Shown: positions 12,405 to 25,197, counted from the stretch's first letter. The stretch is 64,000 bases of DNA from Eledone cirrhosa (GCA_964016885.1 OZ024741.1:113832001-113896000), one strand, 5' to 3'. The notes: generated from the letters alone by a model not told the origin. Translations and numbers: made by a program.

Positions 12405-14428
12405 GTAGGAACTGAGGGTCGCATGGTAAATATCCAAGTTAATACTACATCAGTAAAATTAACAATAATAACGTCATGAAAAAAGCTACTAAGAGAAACC
12501 CTCGAAAATTTATCGCTAATACAGCAGGGGAAAATTTAACGCTAATACAGCAGGGAACATCATAATATTAACGACATGAAAAAGCTACTAAGAGAAACCC
12601 TCGAAAATTTATCGCTAATACAGCAGGGAAAATTTAACGCTAATACAGCAGGGAACATCATAATATTAACGACATGAAAAAGCTACTAAGAGAAACCCTC
12701 GAAAATTTATCGCTAATACAGCAGGGAAAATTTAACGCTAATACAGCAGGGAACATCATAATATTAACGACAATATGTAGGCTAAAATACCTTCGTAGAT
12801 TAGGTGGATGGCTGGCTGGGAAAATTTGAATCAGCTCTACTGGTACATTTTAGCAGAGAAGAATGGCAAAGTGTCTTATCTCTTCAATATTTTCAGATTG
12901 AATGAATTAGGTTAAAGACAGGGTAGTAAGCCTTAAAGAAGTGCATAGAGGGGGGGGGGGGGGGGTAGGAACTGAGGGTCGCATGGTAAATAACTGAGAG
13001 AGATACAATAGGATTAGAATACCGCATGGTAAATATCCAAGTTAATAAGTTAATACTACATCAGTAAAATTAACAATAATAACGTCATGAAAAAAGCTAC
13101 TAAGAGAAACCCTCGAAAATTTATCGCTAATACAGCAGGGGAAAATTTAACGCTAATACAGCAGGGAACATCATAATATTAACGACATGAAAAGCTACTA
13201 AGAGAAACCCTCGAAAATTTATCGCTAATACAGCAGGGAAAATTTAACGCTAATACAGCAGGGAACATCATAATATTAACGACATGAAAAAGCTACTAAG
13301 AGAAACCCTCGAAAATTTATCGCTAATACAGCAGGGAAAATTTAACGCTAATACAGCAGGGAACATCATAATATTAACGACAATATGTAGGCTAAAATAC
13401 CTTCGTAGATTAGGTGGATGGCTGGCTGGGAAAATTTGAATCAGCTCTACTGGTACATTTTAGCAGAGAAGAATGGCAAAGTGTCTTATCTCTTCAATAT
13501 TTTCAGATTGAATGAATTAGGTTAAAGACAGGGTAGTAAGCCTTAAAGAAGTGCATAGAGGGGGGGGGGTAGGAACTGAGGGTCGCATGGTAAATAACTG
13601 AGAGAGATACAATAGGATTAGAATACCGCATGGTAAATATCCAAGTTAATAAGTTAATACTACATCAGTAAAATTAACAATAATAACGTCATGAAAAAAG
13701 CTACTAAGAGAAACCCTCGAAAATTTATCGCTAATACAGCAGGGGAAAATTTAACGCTAATACAGCAGGGAACATCATAATATTAACGACATGAAAAAGC
13801 TACTAAGAGAAACCCTCGAAAATTTATCGCTAATACAGCAGGGAAAATTTAACGCTAATACAGCAGGGAACATCATAATATTAACGACATGAAAAAGCTA
13901 CTAAGAGAAACCCTCGAAAATTTATCGCTAATACAGCAGGGAAAATTTAACGCTAATACAGCAGGGAACATCATAATATTAACGACAATATGTAGGCTAA
14001 AATACCTTCGTAGATTAGGTGGATGGCTGGCTGGGAAAATTTGAATCAGCTCTACTGGTACATTTTAGCAGAGAAGAATGGCAAAGTGTCTTATCTCTTC
14101 AATATTTTCAGATTGAATGAATTAGGTTAAAGACAGGGTAGTAAGCCTTAAAGAAGTGCATAGAGGGGGGGGGGGGGGGGTAGGAACTGAGGGTCGCATG
14201 GTAAATAACTGAGAGAGATACAATAGGATTAGAATACCGCATGGTAAATATCCAAGTTAATAAGTTAATACTACATCAGTAAAATTAACAATAATAACGT
14301 CATGAAAAAAGCTACTAAGAGAAACCCTCGAAAATTTATCGCTAATACAGCAGGGGAAAATTTAACGCTAATACAGCAGGGAACATCATAATATTAACGA
14401 CATGAAAAAGCTACTAAGAGAAACCCTC
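12405..14428. repeat. Nested tandem array: ~3.4 units of ~560-610 bp, each with three ~99-bp subunits
   Basis: gtaggaactgagggtcgcatggtaaa recurs at ~12405, 12965, 13569 and 14180; subunit catgaaaaagctactaagagaaaccctcgaaaatttatcgctaatacagcaggg...aatattaacga; units separated by poly-G. Confidence 0.95.
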
Positions 14429-14434
14429 GTGTGT

Positions 14435-14478
<44 letters not shown>

Positions 14479-14924
14479 ATGTCAGTTTTTAGATAAGGAA
14501 AACCATATCGCTGCATGTTGTAAGGGTGACTATGTAGGAAAGACATTCAACTGTAAAACACTGTCTTAACAAAATCCCAGGCAACCGTTGCTAGGTTGGA
14601 ATGATGACGATGATGAAGATATACATGTATATTTGCTTTAGTTTGTTTAGATGAGAATTAGTATAACACCTACTACTTCAGTGAATGCAGTTAGGTTTGA
14701 GAAAAGGTAATTCAATATAGAAACATACCCTAAAGAATTTCCTTATACAATTCATAAATTCATTTTGTGGGTTTTTTAAAGAAAAGTAATAAAAGAAAAT
14801 AATGCTGAAAAAAGAAACATTTTTGTTCCTTTTTATGGAAAGATGAAGTGAAATCATTAACTCATTGCAATTTAACAAAAACATGTAAATACACTTGAGA
14901 ATTTTTATGTAATTATACTAACAT

Positions 14925-15160
14925 TACCTATACATATATGAGTATGTGTGTATATATTTATATATATATGTATGTATATATATATAAATATATATATATA
15001 TTAGTATGTTTGTATATATATCTACATTTGTATATTTGTATATATATATATATATATATTTGTATATGTGTATATATATATATATATTTGTATATATATA
15101 TATGTGTGTACATATATATGTATATATATATACACACACGTATGTGTGTGTATACATATA

Positions 15161-15200
<40 letters not shown>

Positions 15201-15285
15201 GCATAGAATAACTGAATTCATGTATACACACATACATATATATATATATATGTAAAAAGAAAGTTATATATATATATATACACAC

Positions 15286-15317
<32 letters not shown>

Positions 15318-15580
15318 TGTTCCTTAAAATATCCATTTAGGTTTTCGTGTAAAAATCTGATGTTTGTTGATTTCCTATATTCCATAAAGTAATGCATAAT
15401 GGTCCTAAATGTTTTCTTTCATCTGGAATGCACTTTCTCTCATATATACTCTCTCTCTCTCTCTCTCTCGCTCTCTCTTGCTCTCTCTCTCTCTTGCTCT
15501 CTCTCTCTTTCTCTCGCTCTCTCGCTCTCTCTCTCCTTCTTTCTCTCGCTCTCTCTCCCCCCCTCTCTCTTTCTCTCACT
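14925..15580. repeat. Compound (TA)n/(TG)n and (TC)n microsatellites, representative of dozens of such tracts in the window
   Basis: Seen directly; the IYIY, SLSL and THTH ORFs are translations of these tracts. Confidence 0.95.
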
Positions 15581-16297
15581 GACAATTGCTACACCATACA
15601 AATGCTGGCCATATGTATTTATAGGTTCAAACAGAAACACTACTGCCAATAACACTTTGTTTTTTGGTCTTTTTATTGGAGGTAATTTTAAAAGGTTTCA
15701 TTCAGCCTTACATTTCTCACACCTGATCAATTATAATATTTTTAAAGAAGAAGCCTGTATATTTATTATTTGCCGACAGTTTCAAAACCCCACCACAAAT
15801 CTGTCAATTGTCAAACCTCAAGCAAAACTACTGACCTAAAAGGGTAAATAAATATAAAATTAAAAAAAAAATTGGAATCACATTCAAGTAACCTTGTTTA
15901 TTTGGTTCAATCCAGTATTTGTCCTCATCTCACTAAACAAGTCCCAGAAAAAACTTTGGATTTCAATCTAACCAGGTCACTTTTTTTTTTTTTTTAGTTT
16001 TATTACTATGGTAAAAAGGAGAGAAATACAGAAAACAATCCTGGAGGAAAGAAAAATATATGTAAATATTTAAACATTAATGATTCTCTCTATTCAGACA
16101 TGGACAATTTTTAGACTCTTCTTCATACCACACATCTAACTATATTTATTATTATTTCTAGATAAAATGTGGGAATGTAAGTAAGTGAATTGGGAGGTCT
16201 CACCAATTAATTACTGACTCAGTCTGTGACATCCAGTCCAACCTTTGCTAGCAGGGAAAATTGGTGTTAAATAATGGTGATGATGATGATTATATAT

Positions 16298-16560
16298 TCA
16301 TTTTTACGTCCGCTTTTTCCCTGCTTGCAAGGGTGGGACGGGAACTGATTCTGGCTTGATTTCTACAGCTGGATGCCCTTCCTAACACCAACCTCATTTA
16401 CAGTGAGTGCTGGGTGCTTTTTTGCCTTGACACCTCCACGACCACTTTGCAGTGGAATGATAGGGACCCTAGTCCTATCATCTCATTTCTACAGCTGAGT
16501 AAACTGGAGCAATGTGAAATAAAGTGTCTTGCTCAAGGAAACAACACATCACCCGGTCTG
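16298..16560 (-). mobile_element. SINE family A, 5'-truncated
   Basis: Reverse complement of 21160-21415 (CORE-like ccttgagcaagacactttatttcac, AGGAAGGGCATCC motif, RTE-B-type tail). Confidence 0.85.
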
Positions 16561-17106
16561 TATATATATATACACACACATAACTGCTCAATCTATATTT
16601 ATTTGTCACAATACTGAATCACATAATCTAAATTTACTTCTACTGTATTGCCATGCTTCTAATTATCCTCTATTAATATAATTTCATTACCCAACAAAGG
16701 TCCTTACATAAAATTATATCAGTTTTTAATATAGATGTATACACTTTAGTATGGGAAGTTTTGTATAATAAAACCAATGGGGCTTTTCAATTTGGTTAGT
16801 TGTTATCAGACGGATTGAAAACACTTGAGTGGCAGACAGTAGTGTTAGACTGGGTGTTGGATTAAGTCTATCACTCATCATATCCTATATAGGCTGAGCA
16901 TCACCTAGTGATCAATGACAAGGGGTCTTTAAGAAGCAAATTAATCATTACATGAGAAAATTAGCCCCTGCTATTCAGAATCTTTGGATTTGATTGCTAA
17001 GAATAGAACAACAATGGTAGAAGATGACAGAAACAGAAATCTAAAGACAACTGTCAAACAATGAGAAATACTTTAAACTATTTGCTTTAATACAATAACA
17101 ACACAG

Positions 17107-17153
17107 GAATCAGTAACCATGATTCCAGGGGAGTAAGCCCCTCATCAGGGATG
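17107..17153 (-). ncRNA. Degenerate type-I hammerhead motif
   Basis: Minus strand: atcc-CTGATGA-gggg cttact cccc-t-GGAA-tcatgg-TT-actgat; perfect stem II, near-palindromic helix III, GAAA mutated and stem I weak. Confidence 0.45.
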
Positions 17154-17821
17154 CAACCTTTCTCCAGTAGCAACCTGGTTAATTCAGCATTATACCCATG
17201 CTCCTTTGCTGGACAGTTTGAAGATTGCAAGCTGTCAAAGTAATTTACTTTCCAATAGGTTTACCATTGAAAACAGCAGGAATATCGAACATCCTGCATC
17301 TCAAGATACAATTGGACTGGGCTTTTTCAGTACATTTGCAATTCTGTTCACTGGGATCATGAGGCAACATCTATCTGATGTTTTGCACAAAACATGATTT
17401 TGTTTTATATAGTTGTTTTTTAGGTATTAGTCAACAATATCTCCCCCATATGTATATTTCAATACTTTTATACACAATTATATGTATATACCTGTAAGAG
17501 CACAAGGCATGTATTGGTGAGTTAACACTGTGGGTGTGGCAAGATGAAGAAGGAAAATGTGTATGATGACTGTGTTAATGTCAGAGAGGATGCTACCACA
17601 GTGGCTGATACTGACGTAGTCAACAAAAAAATGCAGGCATCAAGAAAGAAGGCTAACAAAATGACAATGGAAATGAAATTTAATGTGAAACAAAATATTT
17701 ACGTAAAATGAAAGAAAGCAATCTATGTTTTTTTATTAGTGATTATCTGATTAAAAAATGTTCATATATTTTTTACAGTGCTTGTAGATATAATTATGTT
17801 TATAGGTGTCTATAGATTTCA

Positions 17822-17855
<34 letters not shown>

Positions 17856-17857
<2 letters not shown>

Positions 17858-18053
17858 CGACGGAGTTGTGGTAAGGAACGAGATGGACCATAACGCACCA
17901 GAGTACTCAATACTTAGGCTGGTAGAGTGGGTAATACGAAAAAGTATGACCCGATGGCAGAGCTCAAACCATTTCGACGGCTATTTCTGAACTAATTAGA
18001 AATAGCCGTCGAAACGGCTTGAGCTCTGCCGTCAGGGTCATACTTTTTCCTAT
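17856..18053. repeat. Short dispersed element with a terminal fold-back (17938-18049) containing the 3' half of a hammerhead
   Basis: gaaaaagtatgacc...ggctatttct / agaaatagcc...ggtcatactttttc; related copies at 61197-61317 (inverse), 52688-52735 and 60767-60839; GAAA-cggc-loop-gccg-TC helix III. Confidence 0.8.
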
Positions 18054-18131
18054 AAATATATATATATATATATAGCTATACAAATATTTTATATACATAT
18101 ATGTATATATATATACACACATATACTATTG

Positions 18132-18167
<36 letters not shown>

Positions 18168-18211
18168 CATATATGTATATATATATACATGCACATGTAT
18201 ATATTTATATA

Positions 18212-18266
<55 letters not shown>

Positions 18267-18546
18267 ATATACATATATATCATCATCATCATCATCGTTT
18301 AACGTCTATCTTCCACGCTAGCATGGGTTAGTCGGGAGTTGTCCCACTTGAGGCAAGATTGGTTGAGTGACCGTGTCTGATGCACTTCCTAACACATACA
18401 TATAAATATATATGTAAATATATATATATATATACATATATGTAGGAGTTTTATTGTAGCACAATAATGCAATGCAAATATCGGATAATGTTGATTTAAA
18501 ACTTCACTATTCACAAGTGTTTTTTAAGCTTCATATCATGTATCCC

Positions 18547-18617
18547 TATTTTATCTGATGAAAACGCAGATATCATCCCATGATGATATTTGTTTTTGAA
18601 ATGTGCATAATAAAATA
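18547..18617 (+). ncRNA. Type-I hammerhead ribozyme in a solo Penelope-type terminal repeat (18501-18655)
   Basis: tattttat-CTGATGA-long stem II-GAAA-tgtgca-TA-ataaaata; ~150-bp direct repeat of 27248-27400. Confidence 0.8.
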
Positions 18618-19062
18618 CTTGGAACTCTTTTAACCATTTTTTGATCTTATATTATATATACATACATGTATAAATATATATATGTATAATACATAAATAT
18701 TGTTGTGGTCGTGTTTTCGTTGGCAATCGTCTGTTTACAAGAGTACAGCGCGGCTCTACTTTATTTAACTGAGATAAAACTTATATGAGCATGAACAGTA
18801 GATCATTACGCATCTTTTGGCTTAAACATCTAGAAATTTGGTCCAGCGGGAAAAAGTTTATAATCAAAGTTTGCTGATAAATCTTGTGTTCAAGTGAGTG
18901 AGTAGTAAGCGTGACGCTAGGGGAGGTAATCCAGAAATGACGACGTTTGGAAAAGTTTAATTACTGCATGAAAGAAATGATTCAAAAATTGAACTTGCCC
19001 AATCTTCACAACATTGAAAATTGGTCAAAATTTGACAAATCTGACTTCAAACCAGATATGAT

Positions 19063-19182
19063 TCATTTGAACAATGTTGGAGATCTTAAATTGACACAAA
19101 TTTTTGCCAATGTTTTTGCAAATCCTGATCCTTGTTCTATGGCTGACTGACTAATTTTGTGACTTAATAAAATGTCATCATA
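19063..19182 (-). pseudogene. Possible MIF4G-like domain remnant
   Basis: HKISQSAIEQGSGFAKTLAKICVNLRSPTLFK*IISGLKSDL resembles the MIF4G helical pattern 'IY.KA....F....AKLC..L....F...L...LQ.DF' (by-eye only). Confidence 0.35.
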
Positions 19183-19308
19183 CTAGTAATGCACAATGGT
19201 CATTTTTAAATTTAAATTTTATTAAATAGTTGTTGCTTGCATTGCCTTAAAATAGTAACAAGAATGTACACATACTTTTTAAAAATACATCATTATCAGT
19301 CAAATCAG

Positions 19309-19668
19309 TCAAATGTCACTAAAAGCCAGGTGGTGGATAACAACTTCTATAAGATTAGTTACATGCTCACACATTGGATCACCTCTCATCAATGGCATTG
19401 GGTGTCTGAGATAATCGTGGAGATAACTGATGAAGTCACAAATGAAGTGATGGTCTTCCAGTGTGAACAACTCCCTATATCCATTGATATATGTGATGGC
19501 TTCCGATTCATAGGTGAATTTTATGAGGAATTCCATGCATCCGATTTTCAGTGATTCAATGGACATTTTATCAGAGATGATAAGGTATTTGACCACGTTT
19601 TGCTTTGTAAGTAAATTGGAGAGAATCACTGCAGTCAAAGTCATTTCTTTGCATGGGTTTTTGTCCAT
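19309..19668 (-). CDS. 119-aa ORF with a BACK-like (BTB-associated) segment, possibly a pseudogene fragment
   Basis: LSNLLTKQNVVKYLIISDKMSIESLKIGCMEFL...GYREL resembles the SPOP-type BACK pattern 'LCSNLSVENA..IL.LAD.....LK..A.DFI...GW'; preceded by a GTAAGT...TTTTTAG mini-intron. Confidence 0.5.
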   Translation of the reverse strand: MDKNPCKEMTLTAVILSNLLTKQNVVKYLIISDKMSIESLKIGCMEFLIKFTYESEAITYINGYRELFTLEDHHFICDFISYLHDYLRHPMPLMRGDPMCEHVTNLIEVVIHHLAFSDI

Positions 19669-19941
19669 TCTAAAAAGTTAAAATGATAAAGTATTACTAC
19701 TATATAACTTACATCTATTGTTGTAACACCATTGAAATGCACAAGTTTCACCAATTCACTATTATGCACTAATCATCTTAAATGCATTCATGATTTACTA
19801 GCTTTGTCATTAAACCAGTTGCCTCAACTAGATTGCAATTATACTCAAAAGAACTTTAAAATGTCAATCACTTGTCAGTAATTCACTATGATCACTTAAT
19901 TATTACATAGTTGTTGCTTGCATTGCCTTAAAAAATAGTAG

Positions 19942-21019
19942 ACCAGATAGAAAAATGCGTACAGCAAAAAAAGTAATATTGTTGGAATATAAACCTTTAA
20001 AAATACAGGACAAGAAACTAAAATAAAACTTTAAAAGAATAGGACAAGAAATTAAGATAAAACTTTAAAAGAATAGGACAAGAAACTAAGATAAAACTTT
20101 AAAGAATTGGACAAGAAATAAAAAATGTTCAAATAATATTAGTGGCAAATTTTTTTTATTCGTTTCCTGTGCTATGCCCCAGTATCCTCTTGATTAGTGC
20201 ATAATAATTGTCATGCTCTCATTGTGCGTTGCCCCAGGGCGGTTGGTTCTGGTTGGGTTGGTTGGCTGAGCAGTTCTGCTCCGTCAGAATGACCATTGCA
20301 AGAAGAATTGGCCGATGCAGCTGCAGGTCTCCTCCAAGAATGCGCTTCTGGTCCCGCAACACCAGACGAAGATGGAGAAGACGACCGGGACAAGATGTCG
20401 ACTCTGACCACCGACTGCGGCACCTCCCTCAACCACCGGTCCTCCCTCCTTCTGTCCCGTCATCCCTCCAGTCCTCCTGTACCAGAAAGCTGTGGCACGC
20501 ATTCATCTGGACTGCCGGACTTGAACTCAAGGACAAGATGCACGGAGAAGATGGACGGGTTGGTCAAGATCAAGGATGAGCGGAACGACAAGACCGTCCG
20601 CTGCTGCTCAAGATCTGTGCTCATGGCCCATGGGTCCATTCACATTATGCATGACACATGAGGCGTGTCGCCGAATGATGAAATAGGGGTATGGTTATGG
20701 CCCAATTGGTGTTCAAACCAGGATCAAATGATTCCCCCGGTCTGACGACGACCTCTGAATGTGGAACCCAGAGCCTATGAATGTGGAACTCGATTTTTTA
20801 CCAATAAAGATTTTGCCACTAATATTATTGTAACATTTTTTATTTCTTGTCCAATTCTTTAAAGTTTTATCTTAGTTTCTTGTCCTATTCTTTTAAAGTT
20901 TTATCTTAGTTTCTTGTCCTATTCCTTTAAAGTTTTATTTTAGTTTCTTGTCCTGTATTTTTAAAGGTTTATATTCTAACAATATTACTTTTTTTGCTGT
21001 ACGCATTTTTCTATCTGGT
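19942..21019. repeat. ~208-bp inverted repeats (19942-20149 / 20812-21019) with ~32-bp internal subrepeats, enclosing a GC-rich 660-bp core
   Basis: accagatagaaaaatgcgtacagc...tagtggcaaa versus tttgccacta...gctgtacgcatttttctatctggt; subrepeat aggacaagaaactaagataaaactttaaaagaat. Confidence 0.95.
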
Positions 21020-21115
21020 AAATATATATATGTATAAATATATATATGTAAAAATATATATATATATATATAAATATATATATATATACGTATAAATATA
21101 TATATGTATAAATAT

Positions 21116-21415
21116 ATTGGCCTTGCAATCGAAAGGTTGTGAGTTCAATTCTCAGACCGGGTGATGTGTTTTTTCCTTGAGCAAGACACTTTATTTCACA
21201 TTGCTCCAGTTTACTCAGCTGTAGAAATGAGATGACAGAGACTGGGGTCCCTATCATTCCACTGCAAAGTGGACGTGGCGGTGCCATGGCAAAATAGCAC
21301 CCAGCACTCACTGTAAATGAGGTTGGTGTTAGGAAGGACATCCAGCTGTAGAAATCAAGCCAGAATCAGTCCTGTCCCACCCTTGCAAGCAGGGAAAAGC
21401 AGACGTAAAATGACG
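21116..21415 (+). mobile_element. SINE family A (tRNA-like head, CORE-like domain, RTE-derived body and tail)
   Basis: B-box-like gagttcaattc; ccttgagcaagacactttatttcac; ggtgttaggaaggacatccagctgtag; tail cccacccttgcaagcagggaaaagcagacgtaaaatga. Confidence 0.85.
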
Positions 21416-21526
21416 ATAAAATGACGATATATATACGTATATATATACATACATGTATGTATAAATATATATCTATATGTATAAATATATATATACATAT
21501 AAATATATTTATTTATGTATACATAG

Positions 21527-21619
<93 letters not shown>

Positions 21620-21833
21620 CATAAAAATATATATACATACATAAAAATATATATATATATATATACATACATATTGTGTAGGTGTCACGACAAAAAAACA
21701 CAGTCCACGCTGTAATGTGGCCGTGTAGGTAACACGGTAAAAAGTTCGCAGTCCACATTGTAAATGTGGATGGTGTTAAGAAGGGCATCCAGCCATAGAA
21801 AATTTTCTTTTATATATATATATAATATAGAAA

Positions 21834-21884
21834 AGCTTCTACATGACTAGAACTGTTTCATTCGTGAGAAATCATCAGGAAGCT
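21834..21884 (-). ncRNA. Type-I hammerhead ribozyme at the end of a ~480-bp non-coding repeat (21834-22320)
   Basis: Minus strand: agcttc-CTGATGA-tttctcacgaat-GAAA-c...g-TA-gaagct; inverse paralogue at ~28625-29042. Confidence 0.7.
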
Positions 21885-22359
21885 GACTGTCCAAGTAAGT
21901 ATGATGGTATTTATATCTTTTCTGGTGGTAGGAGAGGGTGGGGATTGGGATGAGTGGAGGTCATTGGTTAATGGGTTTAAAGAAAAGGGAATTCATTAAG
22001 AGCTAATTCTTTAAAGCTATAATTTATATTTAGAGTGACAAAGGCAGACAGAATTCTATAAACAAGTTCAAATTGTTGTCCCACTCCTAATTTTTATGTT
22101 TCTCTTAAGCTAACAATGCCTATATTTCAGGTGTCTACAAGATGGGTGGATGTCATTGGGTGATGGGTTTAAAGAAAGGGGAATTCTTTAAAAGCTAATT
22201 CTTTAAAGATGTATTTAGAGTGACAAAGGCAGAAAGAATTCTATAAACAAGTTCAAATTAGGGTGCTTCTCCTTATTGTTAAGTTACTCTTAAGCTATAT
22301 TTCAGGTGTCTACAACCACATTCACACACACACACACATATATATATATACATACATAT

Positions 22360-24698
22360 GCATACACACACATACACATATACGTAAATACGCACGTAAA
22401 CACAAACATACGCATACAATCGTACGGCCACTCATACAAATACGTACATACATTCACTCATAAATATACACAAATACACACACACATATATACAGTATTA
22501 AGATGAAGTACGCTCTACATGCGGAAAGAGCAGATAGGTAAGAAGTACTTACATGACCATAGTGCCGTGTTTCGGGACGGGGAGGGGGGGTATTTTGTCG
22601 AGTTGGGGTTTAAAAAAAAAAGGGAATCTTGTTTAGCTATCTGGCATTAACACTGGATTAAGGTATTTGAAAGTTGCAAAGTTTTGCTTGCAATTCAGGC
22701 AGTGTTCAAAGAGTTTGTTCAGTAGCGGGCCCTTGGCAAATAATATTTCGTAGCTCTCTGAGATACAAAGGTCGCAGCACTTGTGTCCTCCTTTTTATGA
22801 GAGCACTTTCTGGAGTATTTTCCATTTAAGCGTGAAGGGGATGGAGTTCTTTTTGAGGTCCCAGACATAGGAGGCGAGTGTTGTCTGATTTGATTTGTCC
22901 AGTCTTCTGAAAGAGTGGGTATGTCATACCACCGGGTCTTAAAATTATTGGAATTCATGCCGATGTAAGTCTTTTTGTTGTTGCTATCATCGGTGCCTGA
23001 GATGACATCACATTTGTATACGATGTCATTTGTCAGGCATTTGTTTTCAAGTGGGCAGGCTTCCTTATTTAGGAAATTGCACAAGGCTTCAGTCCGGGGA
23101 TTGGGTTCGGAGGTAGTTGACTTATGTATTTTTTTAGAATTGAGATTGGCTATATTCCTACGTAGGTTATGTGTAGTGGAGTAGGAGAGTCTTATTGTGT
23201 TCTTATTAAAGATCATGTAGTACCTATGTTGTATGGGGAAGTGTGTGTTCAACAAAGTGAAGAAAGTCCTAGCTATAGGTGTAGAGACCTCTCTATTGAA
23301 GAGGCGTTGTACCAACTAATTTGCCTATGCCTATTCCTCATAGGTAGTCTTGCGGTGTTCTCTAGGTAGGTTATCTTTTCTTTAAATCCGCTGCGGGCGA
23401 GGGTGTCATTGTAGTAGGAGGCAGAGGCGTTAAATATATCTTCATTAGCCGAGAGGCCAGAGATTCTAATTGAGACGCTTTTTACTAAGTTATCAGTGAT
23501 GTTTTGGGGGTGGTTAGAATTAGCATTAATATATCTAAGGGACTCGTTAGGTTTGTTGTACGGGTAATAGAGGAAAGTATCTAGGTCGAGGGTGACATCT
23601 AAAAAGTTGGCCCTAGTTATATTAGATTCTATGGTTATACTAAATCCTCGATTACGGAAGAACGAGCTTAAGTTTCTCCGAAACCTATCAGTGGTTCTGG
23701 GGTTAACCTTGTGCAAGGCGAAGAGGCCACCGTCTCGGTATAAACCCCCGGTGAGGCCAGTAAAGAGGTTCTTCAGGTGATGTAAAATGTACAGGCCCAC
23801 GAGGTCGCTTATTTCAACCGAATCATTCACCCCATGCTGACGTCAAAGGGGGTCTGAGACTTCTTGTTCATCCAGTAAGAACCCTCGTGGTGTAGGAAGG
23901 TCTTAAGGGCAAGGAGGATTACATCTTGCTCAACGTAAGCTATGGTGGTAAAGTTCCTGGCAAAAGTAAGTGCGTCCTTCAGGAGGGGCTCTGAGATAGA
24001 AGCATAGTAGTCTTCTATGTTGAGTTGCAGGAAGCGAGTGTGGCATTTGTCGGGCAATTCTTGGAACCAAGAAATTGCCTCAGATGTTCTGCTCCAGAGT
24101 GGGAGTGGTGAGGCAGCCCGCAATTATGGTAGAACTCTATCAATGATCTTTTTGCTAATAGAGCCGATGTCCGAACGTGTGGGGTTGCTTCACGCTTAAA
24201 TGGAATATACTCCAGAAAGCGCGCTCATACAAGAGAGGACACAAGTGCTGCGACCTTTGTATCTCAGAGAGCTAAGAAATATTATTTGCCAAGGGTCCGC
24301 TACTGAACAAACTCTCTGAACACTGCCCGAATTGCATTCACAAAAACTTTGCAACTTTCAAATACATTAAGCCAGTGTTAATGCCAGATGGCTAAATAAA
24401 GATTCCCTTTTTTTAAAACCCACTCGACAAAATACCCCATCCACATCCTTCCCACCCTACCCTACTCCCTCTCGACCCAAAACACGCGCCTATGGTCATG
24501 TAAGTACTTCTTACCTATCTGCTCTTTCCGCATGTAGAGCGTACTTCATCTTAGTACTGTATATATGTGTGTGTATTTGTGTATATTTATGAGTGAATGT
24601 ATGTACGTATTTGTATGAGTGGCCGTACGATTGTATGCGTATGTTTGTGTGTACGTGCGTATTTACGAATATGTGTATGTGTGTGTATGTATATGTAC

Positions 24699-24700
<2 letters not shown>
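22360..24700 (-). mobile_element. Penelope-like element (RT + GIY-YIG, degraded; Naiad-like by motifs) with inverted copy of its 3' end
   Basis: ORF pieces 24123-23827, 23830-23273 (GLYRDGGL, FLDVTLDL, SNHP) and 23315-22719 (C..CPL...C, IVYKC...TYIG); 22360-22830 is the reverse complement of 24197-24700. Confidence 0.92.
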
Positions 24701-24734
<34 letters not shown>

Positions 24735-24820
24735 TTGTATGTACGTATGTGCGTATGTATGTATGTATATATGTATATACATATTTTAAAAAATAGAGGT
24801 GTAACTCACGAATTGTGATA

Positions 24821-25197
24821 TATTAGTAAAAGGAAAAGAAAATGCTGACAAATTTTTCCCAGTGAAAAATAGTTTAATTAGGAATAAGTATAAATTAGTA
24901 ATAAGTATTGGTTAGTATTCAGTTTTAGTTTTAAGTTTTTACCGGTTGCGCATTTCTAATGCTTTTCAAAAATAATTTTGAGATAGAGCGCTCGTGATGT
25001 TTGCTCTAATCAGATTAGAGAAAACATCACGAGCGCTCTATCTCAAGATTATATTTGAAAAGCATTAGAAATGCGCAACCGGTAAAAACTTAAAACTAAA
25101 ACTGAATACTAACCAATACTTATTACTAATTTATACTTATTCCTAATTAAACTATTTTTCACTGGGAAAAATTTGTCAGCATTTTCTTTTCCTTTTA

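Larger units (their letters stand above)
8735..14428 (-). mobile_element. Apparently full-length RTE-clade LINE (family RTE-A) with (ATG)n tail and tandem-array 5' region
   Basis: Intact ORF 9042-12161; 3' UTR 8756-9041 ending in (GAT)n at 8735-8755; upstream tandem array 12405-14428 (its membership in the element is inferred). Confidence 0.9.

Noticed and set aside
12405-14428. CRISPR-like or integron-like array
   Set aside because: Units repeat in full with no unique spacers; eukaryotic context and no cas or integrase genes.
14924-15655. Many ORFs rich in IY, CV, TH or SL dipeptides, here and near 21.4, 27.4, 28.1, 29.0, 35.0, 52.9 and 61.6 kb
   Set aside because: Translations of (TA)n, (TG)n and (TC)n microsatellites, not genes.
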